Virus record (IMG/VR): IMGVR_UViG_3300020477_000041
Span: 1-50,557 of that record
From: a virus
Taxonomy: Duplodnaviria > Caudoviricetes
Strand: one strand, 5' to 3'
Length of the DNA stretch: 50,557 bases
The notes beneath the pieces are model-generated. The model saw only the letters and a list, made by a program, of their open reading frames with translations. It was not told the DNA's origin and searched no databases. Both the position numbers and the translations under genes were made by a program. This document shows positions 28,297-35,939 of the stretch, piece after piece (within the stretch, counting starts at the first letter, position 1; every line of letters starts with the position of its first letter).

Positions 28297-28563
28297 ACAT
28301 ATTTTCAAAAAGTGAAAATAGAACACAACACAAGCCACCCTAGCCATCGCTCCGACGCTGGCTCGACCGTCGAGAGAAATTCCTGTTTTTTGAATAATTC
28401 TCGGCGGTCGATTTTATTCTTATTATTGGAATGCCTAGCCTCAACTGTGGCGATTGGCGTTATCTCGATTTTGTGGCTTGCGCTGATTTTCTTTTGGTTT
28501 ATATTCGTATCAGTCGTGGCAATGGCTGCGATATTCAAGCACTAGATAAGGAAAAAATACGTT

Positions 28564-29721
28564 ATGTCTCACGAAATAGAAACAATGGCTTTCGTAGGTG
28601 AAACACCGTGGCACGGTTTGGGCCGTTCTATAGATTATGTCGATGCTGGTGATATCGAAGGCTTTCAGATTGAAGCCGGTTTGGATTGGGAGGTGCGGCT
28701 AGATAACAACAGGAAAGCAGATAACACGCCCATCGAAGGTTCGTTCTATATAGAGCGTATCAGCGACGGTAGCGTTCTAGGTAAATCAGTGACAAACCTG
28801 TACAAGCCTGTGCAAAATGCTGCGCTTTTTGATTTCTTTCGCCCCTACGTCGATAGCGGCAAGCTTCACCTCCACACTGCCGGTTCGTTGTTTGGTGGTC
28901 GTAAGGTTTGGGTTATGGTGTCGCCAATGCGTGGCTTTACGCTTGATGGCAACGACGACGTAAGCAGTAACGCTATATTTACGTTGGACCATACCGGACT
29001 GCGTGCCAACAGTATGATGCTGTCGCCTGTACGCGTTGTGTGTAACAATACGTGGACGCTGGCAAAGGAACTCGCTAGCGATGAAGTCAAGCACAACCAT
29101 AAAGTCGTGTTTGATCGTGAAGTTATGGATCGCGCTCTCAATTATTTCAACGCCGCGTTTGATGATTTTGAAAAAGAAGCAATCGCGATGGCCCGCCGTG
29201 TCTTAACTGGTGAGGAAGAAATAGAGTTTTTCCAACGTGTTTTTGGCGGAAAAGAAAAAGAGGTTGACGGTAAAATAATAAGATCACGAGCAGTTCAAAA
29301 AGCTCTTGCAATGTCGCGAGGTAAGGAGCTTCCAAAAACCAACACTAAAACCGGTCCAACTAAAGCAGAAACACAAAGCAAGCTTGATGCTTTAACGCGA
29401 TTAATGGAAGAGGCCGCACAATCTGGCAAGGTGTTAGATACCGATCAACTTGCGAGTATCACCGGCAAAGAAGATGACGATAACACCGACAGCGGTCGCG
29501 TGATCAATCCCGGCCACGATTTGGAAAGTACTCGGCGTGACGATGGCGTTACAGTCTGGGGAGCCTTCCAGACTGTGACAAACATAGTCGATCACAATCC
29601 GGTTAAGGCTTATAAATCAGACGATCACCGTGCAGATAGAGCATTATACGGCGCTCCTGCCGGTCAACGTGATGCTAAATCAATCGCGCTTCAGGCTGCG
29701 CGGGAATTGGTAGCGGCATAG
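28564..29721 (+). CDS. DUF932/DUF945-family protein
   Basis: MAFVGETPWHGLG, AGLDWEV, YKPVQN, TAGSLFGGRKVW, PVRVVCNNT, TVWGAFQTVT...DH. Confidence 0.85.
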   Translation: MSHEIETMAFVGETPWHGLGRSIDYVDAGDIEGFQIEAGLDWEVRLDNNRKADNTPIEGSFYIERISDGSVLGKSVTNLYKPVQNAALFDFFRPYVDSGKLHLHTAGSLFGGRKVWVMVSPMRGFTLDGNDDVSSNAIFTLDHTGLRANSMMLSPVRVVCNNTWTLAKELASDEVKHNHKVVFDREVMDRALNYFNAAFDDFEKEAIAMARRVLTGEEEIEFFQRVFGGKEKEVDGKIIRSRAVQKALAMSRGKELPKTNTKTGPTKAETQSKLDALTRLMEEAAQSGKVLDTDQLASITGKEDDDNTDSGRVINPGHDLESTRRDDGVTVWGAFQTVTNIVDHNPVKAYKSDDHRADRALYGAPAGQRDAKSIALQAARELVAA

Positions 29722-29722
29722 C

Positions 29723-29815
29723 TTGATCGATGCAATTTTGGCTATCTATAGGTTCTGTCTAGCATTAGTTATTTTTGGAGGTTTAACGCTACTACTTGTG
29801 ATAATGTTTGGATAG
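29723..29815 (+). CDS. 30-aa membrane micropeptide
   Basis: TTG start; (M)IDAILAIYRFCLALVIFGGLTLLLVIMFG. Confidence 0.35.
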   Translation: MIDAILAIYRFCLALVIFGGLTLLLVIMFG

Positions 29816-29822
29816 ATACCGG

Positions 29823-29863
29823 AAAAAGGCTGGGCAGCGTTTTAATTTGCCCAGCCTTTTTTT
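29823..29863 (+). terminator. Intrinsic terminator (bidirectional geometry)
   Basis: AAAAAGGCTGGGCA/TGCCCAGCCTTTTTTT. Confidence 0.85.
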
Positions 29864-29912
29864 ATTGTGTTAGGATCAATCACTGAAACAAATCAAGCAA
29901 AGGATTTAAACA

Positions 29913-30239
29913 ATGAGTGGATATTATCAGACTGATTTGGAAGTGATCGCCGCTTTCTTGCATGACGTTGTGAAACCGCAATTGCGCACTACTGAATTTG
30001 ACACAATTATGGATTGCTACAGCAAGATACGCGGAGAGCATGACGCGATTGAAGCCAAATTAGACCCTGCGTTTCTGTTTGCTCGTTTCATGTATCGTGG
30101 CGCTCTTGTGCTTTCAAAGGATGCCGATATGCCAGTGCAAAAGACAACACCACTACCACCAGTGATAGACACTGTTCGAGATCGCAACAGAAAATACACG
30201 TGTGTTGCATTGCGCGACGATCATCCGTGGATGAAATAG
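29913..30239 (+). CDS. Hypothetical protein
   Basis: SD AAGGA; 108 aa. Confidence 0.6.
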   Translation: MSGYYQTDLEVIAAFLHDVVKPQLRTTEFDTIMDCYSKIRGEHDAIEAKLDPAFLFARFMYRGALVLSKDADMPVQKTTPLPPVIDTVRDRNRKYTCVALRDDHPWMK

Positions 30240-30258
30240 GGGAAAAAGGACAAATCAA

Positions 30259-30885
30259 ATGGCTAATGCTTTTTATTACGATGATCAAATAGTGAATACT
30301 GCTATCGTCGACGCGATAAAGCCGGATAGCGATATCATGCCTTTGAGAACAATAGGCACGTTTGAAAAAAACGAATATCCGTGGTTAGCAGAGGATAAGG
30401 TTTGCGTCGAGTATGTCGATCCAAATCATCAGGATAAAGTCGTAGCTCAGTATCTGCTTGAAAAAGTACCCGAAGCTATAAGGAAATATGGCGAGTACAA
30501 AGAAGCAAAAAAGCGGGATAAAAAAGAAGATAAAATGTTTGTCGCATGTACCGCTAAAGTTGCAGAAGTGCGCGGAAATATGTTCGGCGTTATAAACATT
30601 AAAAACCCACAAAAACAGCATTTGCACCACCCGAATGCTCGTAACAGCGGCGGGAAGGCGGTAGGAGAAAAAACAGAGCAACCAAAATGGTCTGAGCATA
30701 AAAGACAAATGGAGATGAAAACGCTTGATGCGCTCAAGCGGATAGAGGAAAAAAATGACCGGGATCACGCAAAAGAGTTGGATGAGCTTAAGCGGTTAGA
30801 GGAAAAAATAGACCGGGTTGAGGAAAAAATAGACCGGGTTCAAGATTTCAATCTTCGCCTTGCAAAAGAGTTGGGCATGAAATGA
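30259..30885 (+). CDS. Hypothetical protein with C-terminal coiled-coil repeats
   Basis: SD AAGGA; EEKIDRV x2 encoded by a 21-bp tandem at 30799-30840. Confidence 0.6.
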   Translation: MANAFYYDDQIVNTAIVDAIKPDSDIMPLRTIGTFEKNEYPWLAEDKVCVEYVDPNHQDKVVAQYLLEKVPEAIRKYGEYKEAKKRDKKEDKMFVACTAKVAEVRGNMFGVINIKNPQKQHLHHPNARNSGGKAVGEKTEQPKWSEHKRQMEMKTLDALKRIEEKNDRDHAKELDELKRLEEKIDRVEEKIDRVQDFNLRLAKELGMK

Positions 30886-30974
30886 AACAGACGCTGCACG
30901 ATTTCTCATTGGGCTTTATCTGCGGTCTGGTGATTGTTGGTGTAATCTGGTCTATCTACGGCTGTGGGATCTAG
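30882..30974 (+). CDS. 30-aa membrane micropeptide
   Basis: ATGA overlap with upstream stop; MKQTLHDFSLGFICGLVIVGVIWSIYGCGI. Confidence 0.45.
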   Translation: MKQTLHDFSLGFICGLVIVGVIWSIYGCGI

Positions 30975-30978
30975 CGCG

Positions 30979-31071
30979 ATGGCACTGTGGGAATACGTTC
31001 TGTTTTTTCTTTTGACATTGTGCACTGGTGCGCTAGTCTATCACTGGCTTAGTGCAGTTTTCCCAGCTTGA
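30979..31071 (+). CDS. 30-aa membrane micropeptide
   Basis: MALWEYVLFFLLTLCTGALVYHWLSAVFPA; GGGA upstream. Confidence 0.45.
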   Translation: MALWEYVLFFLLTLCTGALVYHWLSAVFPA

Positions 31072-31085
31072 AAGGATCGAAAGTG

Positions 31086-31349
31086 ATGGCGGAATTAACC
31101 TTCCAAGAGTGCAAAACACACAACGAGATTTACGTCTCTAACAGGGATTTGAGCGTTGGCACGATTAAACAAATGGATTATGGCGGGCTGGTGACCGTGT
31201 TTCAGTTTCAATCGGAACCTGACGAGGACAATTATCCGCTGCGTTATTCTCTGCACGCTGCTAAATTTGACGCTATGGCTCACGATGCAGAAAGGAAAGT
31301 ACGAGCAACCATCCCGGACACGATCTCGACAGTATCACAATTCACATAA
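31086..31349 (+). CDS. Hypothetical protein
   Basis: SD AAGGA; last gene before the terminator. Confidence 0.55.
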   Translation: MAELTFQECKTHNEIYVSNRDLSVGTIKQMDYGGLVTVFQFQSEPDEDNYPLRYSLHAAKFDAMAHDAERKVRATIPDTISTVSQFT

Positions 31350-31383
31350 AACTTCCCCTTACTACAGTCTCCCTCCCAAACTT

Positions 31384-31413
31384 AGCCCGGCATGTTCGCC
31401 GGGTTCTTTTTTT
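31384..31413 (+). terminator. Intrinsic terminator ending the early module
   Basis: AGCCCGGC-atgttc-GCCGGGTT followed by C and T7. Confidence 0.85.
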
Positions 31414-31892
31414 GCCTGATAGGCTGTGCTGGCTGGTGATATATCCGCAAGGTGCTGGTTTGATTGCATAAGGCTTTATTGGTGGTGTGTTCTTGGTAGT
31501 GCGCCACCCCGCCCCAGACAGTGCTTGTTTTCAAACTTCATAATTTTGTTGTCAGTATAAACAAATCATGCCTGCGTGCATCTGCGTGCGTATAAGAGCT
31601 GTATTGTGTGGAAAGCTTGGCATTCTCGCTATATAGACTATCAAGATTTATCGCCGATGACTTTATGTCAATTTTGTTGAACAAAATGAGAACAAACTAG
31701 GCTGGGGAGGGATGGGCCACTGGGGGGGCTCCGTATACTTATATACATAACCAAGAATTTTATTATAATTTCAAAGAGATACATGTAAAAATGCTTATAA
31801 ACTACTATCAAGCCTCTACTCAGAGCTAATTAGTACTAATTAGTATACCTTGTATGATATGTATATACTACCTCCGCGCAGGAGTACCTCCT

Positions 31893-31921
31893 ATTATACA
31901 CCTGAAATAGCATCTTGTCAA
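31893..31921 (-). promoter_or_regulatory. Perfect leftward sigma70 promoter with no obvious downstream ORF
   Basis: Minus strand TTGACA-agatgctatttcaggtg-TATAAT (17 bp). Confidence 0.75.
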
Positions 31922-31987
31922 GTAAAAAATGCACTAAAGTTAATTTTTTTTATTTCTTTATGTAAAATCATCACACTCCTCCCCCCT

Positions 31988-32011
31988 CCTTCCATTACTA
32001 GGACATATTTT
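31988..32011 (+). repeat. 24-bp dispersed repeat, copy 2
   Basis: CCTTCCATTACTAGGACATATTTT. Confidence 0.9.
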
Positions 32012-32145
32012 ATTTTCTCTCTCTCTGTGTGTTAAAATCTACAAAATGTTAGAAAATACGTAAGATTTAGCTTGTTAAAGCATTACTATCTTTTCTTTTA
32101 TAATCAACAACTTATAAAAAATATTAACTTTTATTTATTTTTTAC

Positions 32146-32174
32146 TTGACAAAGTGCTAAATCATTGTTATAAT
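32146..32174 (+). promoter_or_regulatory. Perfect rightward sigma70 promoter heading the morphogenesis module
   Basis: TTGACA-aagtgctaaatcattgt-TATAAT (17 bp) with AT-rich upstream element. Confidence 0.85.
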
Positions 32175-32247
32175 GTATAATAAGATGAAAATAATGTGCA
32201 GTCATATCTCCTCAAATCATTTATTTTTTATACAAAAGAGGGAAGGA

Positions 32248-32703
32248 TTGATTCAACATTATTTTCCATCTTTCACACACACACACACAAACGCAATGGA
32301 GATTATCATTTTTAATTTTTTTACAACTTTCACAAAAAGGATAATTTTATTTTTATTTTTATCTTGTGTTATTATGTTAGCTACCAACACTGTAGCTGCT
32401 GAAAGTTGGAAGAAAAAGGATATCATACACTCCAGCGTTGTGTGTTTAAATGAAGAGACAATTCTTGAAGTAGCACGACACGACTCTGAAAGCTTAGAAG
32501 GCACTGTATCTTTTATACGAAGAATGATTATAGAAGGACGGTGTGTGTCCTTTATGCAACCTGTAGAATTTCAAGTTGACGATACTATTCTTAATTACAC
32601 AGATTATTCTAAAAATAAAAGTGCAGTGCTACGTCTCAATCATCCTTATTCCGACAACAACCCATTTGGATTTGTAATTGCTTTGCATAAGCCAAGCGTA
32701 TGA
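32248..32703 (+). CDS. Exported/periplasmic hypothetical protein (start TTG32248 or ATG32296)
   Basis: KR-hydrophobic-VAA|ES signal-peptide pattern; SD GAGGG before TTG. Confidence 0.55.
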   Translation: MIQHYFPSFTHTHTNAMEIIIFNFFTTFTKRIILFLFLSCVIMLATNTVAAESWKKKDIIHSSVVCLNEETILEVARHDSESLEGTVSFIRRMIIEGRCVSFMQPVEFQVDDTILNYTDYSKNKSAVLRLNHPYSDNNPFGFVIALHKPSV

Positions 32704-32880
32704 ATGAAAGAGCTAGATTCTTTATTGGAAATGGTTATACGTATGGCATCTAAAGCGTGTAAGAATCCTTATTGTAATTGCGATGGATGCAAAGGATGTG
32801 ACTGTACTTATGTTTGTGTTAACGAAACTTGCAACTGCAACAAAGAATCAAAAGACCTTAATTCAACAAACGATGGCTAG
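32704..32880 (+). CDS. 58-aa cysteine-rich, metallothionein-like protein (not in ORF track)
   Basis: MKELDSLLEMVIRMASKACKNPYCNCDGCKGCDCTYVCVNETCNCNKESKDLNSTNDG; starts right after the upstream stop and overlaps the next ATG. Confidence 0.55.
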   Translation: MKELDSLLEMVIRMASKACKNPYCNCDGCKGCDCTYVCVNETCNCNKESKDLNSTNDG

Positions 32881-33034
32881 TAACGATAACAATTCGTATC
32901 AACACGACGATGGATTTGACACTAAAGAATTTCAACAGTGTACAAAATGTGAGTACATTCTTTATTTAGAAGATGTAGAAAAAAACCTTTGTCCTATGTG
33001 TGGACACGAAATAGTTTCAGAAGTATGGAGATAA
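32873..33034 (+). CDS. Small zinc-ribbon protein
   Basis: CTKC ... CPMCG; likely start ATG32873 within ORF 32783..33034. Confidence 0.55.
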   Translation: MASNDNNSYQHDDGFDTKEFQQCTKCEYILYLEDVEKNLCPMCGHEIVSEVWR

Positions 33035-33076
33035 AATTAAAGAATATGAATTTTTATTTTAAAAATTGGAAATATC

Positions 33077-33517
33077 GTGTCTGGTAAAGCAATAGCTGGT
33101 ACACCATTTCGTACTGATCCAAAGCGTAAGCTTACAGAGAAGCAAGCAAGCTTCTTAGACGCTTTGTTTGAAAATGGTGGAAAGATAAGCGAAGCCATGC
33201 GTACAGCAGGATATAACACATCCAGATCAAAGCTTATGCAGTCTATGCGAGAAGAGATAGCAGCACGTACAAAGGACTATCTGGCTGTAAATGGCGTTAA
33301 AGCAGCAACAAGAATAGTAGAAGGCTTGGACGCTGATGGCACTACACCGCTGAACCAGATGGACATGCGTATGAAGGCTGCTGAGTCTATTTTAGACCGT
33401 ATTGGTGTGTCAAAGAAACAAACACAGGAGATTACAGGACAGGTCGTACATGGTGTTGTGTTGCTTCCTGCTAAAAATGAACTTAAAGACGTTACCTTAG
33501 AGGGGGAGACAATATAA
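33077..33517 (+). CDS. terS: Terminase small subunit
   Basis: LTEKQASFL..LFENGG.ISEAMRTAGY HTH; KAAESILDRIG; VVLLPAK; upstream of terL. Confidence 0.75.
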   Translation: MSGKAIAGTPFRTDPKRKLTEKQASFLDALFENGGKISEAMRTAGYNTSRSKLMQSMREEIAARTKDYLAVNGVKAATRIVEGLDADGTTPLNQMDMRMKAAESILDRIGVSKKQTQEITGQVVHGVVLLPAKNELKDVTLEGETI

Positions 33518-33816
33518 TGCCTAGTAATATGACAGTAGCAGAAGCTTACGCGGTTAAACAAGAAATGTTGGATGCTAATAATGGTAAACCACCAACGAAT
33601 AGTCCAGAATATGACGCTGCTATGAAAATACTTAACGAAGCAAAAGAAGATCAAATTAAACACGCTAAAGATTTTGTAGCTACTGCTGATCCTAAAATGA
33701 AAAAAGGCGGTAAAGTAAAAAAGTACATGGGTGGCGGTAAAGTCTACACAACCCACAACAAACGCTACGCACACGGTGGCAAAGTATCAGGTAGAAAGGC
33801 TAAATACAATGGATGA
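33517..33816 (+). CDS. Small protein with three GGKV motifs
   Basis: MKKGGKV, YMGGGKV, YAHGGKV. Confidence 0.6.
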   Translation: MPSNMTVAEAYAVKQEMLDANNGKPPTNSPEYDAAMKILNEAKEDQIKHAKDFVATADPKMKKGGKVKKYMGGGKVYTTHNKRYAHGGKVSGRKAKYNG

Positions 33817-34057
33817 AGAAGAAGAATTAGACAAAAAAATAAAATTTTTCAGAAAACAAAAAGCCCGCTCTAAAAAAATGTCGTTGGAACCAACGATACC
33901 GGGAGATACGTTGCTGACACCCTACCAATATGATGGATTGATTCGAGAGTTATTAAACAAGAAAAATAAAAAGAAAAAGAAAAATAAAGGTTTTCAAGGA
34001 ATGAAAGGCGGCGGTAAGGTCTACACGAACAACACTCGTCGCGCTAACTACAAATAG
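33809..34057 (+). CDS. Small basic protein with GGKV motif
   Basis: Likely start ATG33809; C-terminus MKGGGKVYTNNTRRANYK resembles the preceding gene. Confidence 0.55.
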   Translation: MDEEEELDKKIKFFRKQKARSKKMSLEPTIPGDTLLTPYQYDGLIRELLNKKNKKKKKNKGFQGMKGGGKVYTNNTRRANYK

Positions 34058-34063
34058 TACATC

Positions 34064-35713
34064 ATGGCTCAAAGAGGAAGACCAAAGCTTAAACCCGGCG
34101 AAAAGGGCAAATATCAACAATCAAGCGTTCAAAAGAAGCGAGTTGAAGCAAGGCGTAATATTAAAAGACAAAAGGAAAAAATAGAACGCGCTGAAGCAAG
34201 CCTTAAAAAACTTACTAAAAAGAAAGAAAATATAAAAACTGCTGATAAAGTATCAAAACAAGGTGGAGTTATAGACGATGATTTCATTAACAATTTACCC
34301 GCTTCTGTACGACAAAACCTTGAGGACGACACAGAACTCGTATTCAGACCTAACGAAGGTCCACAAACCGACTTTCTTGCAGCGCCGGAAAAAGAAGTTC
34401 TTTACGGAGGTGCTGCGGGCGGTGGCAAATCATACGCGATGCTTGTTGATCTCCTGCGCTATGCAAATAATCCTAATCACAAAGCACTTCTACTGCGAAG
34501 AACACTTGCCGAACTCACGGAACTAATCGAACAATCAAGAAAACTTTATCCTAAAGCATTTAACGGAGCAGTATTCAGAGAATCAAAGTCTACGTGGATT
34601 TTCCCAAGCGGTGCAACAGCAATGTTTAGCTACGTAGACAAAGACCACGACGTAACACGATATCAAGGACAAGCGTTCACTTGGATTGGTGTTGACGAAC
34701 TAGGACACTATCCTACACCGTATGTGTGGACGTATCTACGAAGTCGCCTAAGAACCACAGACCCAACTATAGAGACTTATATGAGGGCATCAGCTAACCC
34801 CGGTGGTCAAGGTGGATGGTGGATTAAAAAGATGTTTATTGATCCTGTACCGCCAAACACACCGTTCTGGGCGATTGATCCTGAAACAGGAAGAACTTTA
34901 AGAAATCCACGAACTCAAAATCCGTTGTTTCAAAGAAAGTTTATTCCTGCAAGATTAACGGACAACCCTTATCTAGCGGAGTCAGGCGAATATGAATCAA
35001 TGCTTCTCAGTCTTCCTGAAGTTGAAAGACGTAGGCTACTTGAAGGAGATTGGGATGTTGCGGAAGGGGCAGCATTTTATGAGTTCGATAGATCAGTACA
35101 TGTTGTTGAACCATTTGAAGTTCCCTTTAGTTGGCCCCGTATACGAGCAATGGATTACGGTTACAGTAGCCCTAGTTGTGTCTTATGGGGCGCGGTAGAT
35201 TGGGACGGGACAATATGGGTGTATAGAGAATTGTACGAAAAAGGACATACAGGAGAAAGCCTAGCAAGTCTTATTCTTGCTTTAGAATACGACGATCCTC
35301 CTATGACGCAAAATGTTCTTGACGGGTCTTGTTGGTCAAATCACGGCACAGGACCAAGTATTGCTGAAACAATGATCCGCAACGGTGCAAGATTTATACC
35401 AGCGGATAGAAATCGCATGGCCGGAAAAATCGAACTTCACAGAAGACTTGATGAAGACAAGCCACTAAGTTCTAAAGGTGGTAACGGTTTGCGTATCTTT
35501 AGCACTTGTACAAATCTCATACGCACTCTTCCCACTTTACCTTTGTCTCGCACTAATTCAGAGGACGTAGACACTAAAGCAGAGGATCATGCGTATGATG
35601 CCCTACGATACATGTGCATGACGCGCCAGACCGGCTATGCAACCAGTTCGATGTTCAACTCTATTAAACAACAACAATCTTACGAACCCTCTAACCAAGT
35701 GTTTGGATATTAA
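34064..35713 (+). CDS. terL: Terminase large subunit
   Basis: Walker A GGAAGGGKS, Walker B IGVDE, ASANPGG, RAMDYG, EDHAYDALRY. Confidence 0.95.
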   Translation: MAQRGRPKLKPGEKGKYQQSSVQKKRVEARRNIKRQKEKIERAEASLKKLTKKKENIKTADKVSKQGGVIDDDFINNLPASVRQNLEDDTELVFRPNEGPQTDFLAAPEKEVLYGGAAGGGKSYAMLVDLLRYANNPNHKALLLRRTLAELTELIEQSRKLYPKAFNGAVFRESKSTWIFPSGATAMFSYVDKDHDVTRYQGQAFTWIGVDELGHYPTPYVWTYLRSRLRTTDPTIETYMRASANPGGQGGWWIKKMFIDPVPPNTPFWAIDPETGRTLRNPRTQNPLFQRKFIPARLTDNPYLAESGEYESMLLSLPEVERRRLLEGDWDVAEGAAFYEFDRSVHVVEPFEVPFSWPRIRAMDYGYSSPSCVLWGAVDWDGTIWVYRELYEKGHTGESLASLILALEYDDPPMTQNVLDGSCWSNHGTGPSIAETMIRNGARFIPADRNRMAGKIELHRRLDEDKPLSSKGGNGLRIFSTCTNLIRTLPTLPLSRTNSEDVDTKAEDHAYDALRYMCMTRQTGYATSSMFNSIKQQQSYEPSNQVFGY

Positions 35714-35715
35714 AT

Positions 35716-35937
35716 ATGGCTAAGAAAAAAACTACAACAGATCACATTCCTTTTATCTTTCATTCTTTTGGTACAAACTTGAGTAAGTTTAACTTCAATC
35801 CTTATGATACGGGTGAAGAAAGAGCTTATCCGTACAAAGAAGTGGAGTACACAAAAAAGAAGACTGATTCTGCTGTTCCTAGTGCTGAACTGGACCTAGC
35901 AAGAATGGAAGCACTTTATAAGAAGTTTGATTGCTGA
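35716..35937 (+). CDS. Hypothetical protein
   Basis: 73-aa ORF packed between terL and the next gene. Confidence 0.5.
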   Translation: MAKKKTTTDHIPFIFHSFGTNLSKFNFNPYDTGEERAYPYKEVEYTKKKTDSAVPSAELDLARMEALYKKFDC

Positions 35938-35939
35938 TC

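Noticed and set aside
28252-28545. ORFs 28252..28545 (+) and 28305..28538 (-)
   Set aside because: They overlap the repeat array, an inverted repeat and the likely DUF932 promoter (TTGCGC...TATATT); better explained as regulatory DNA.
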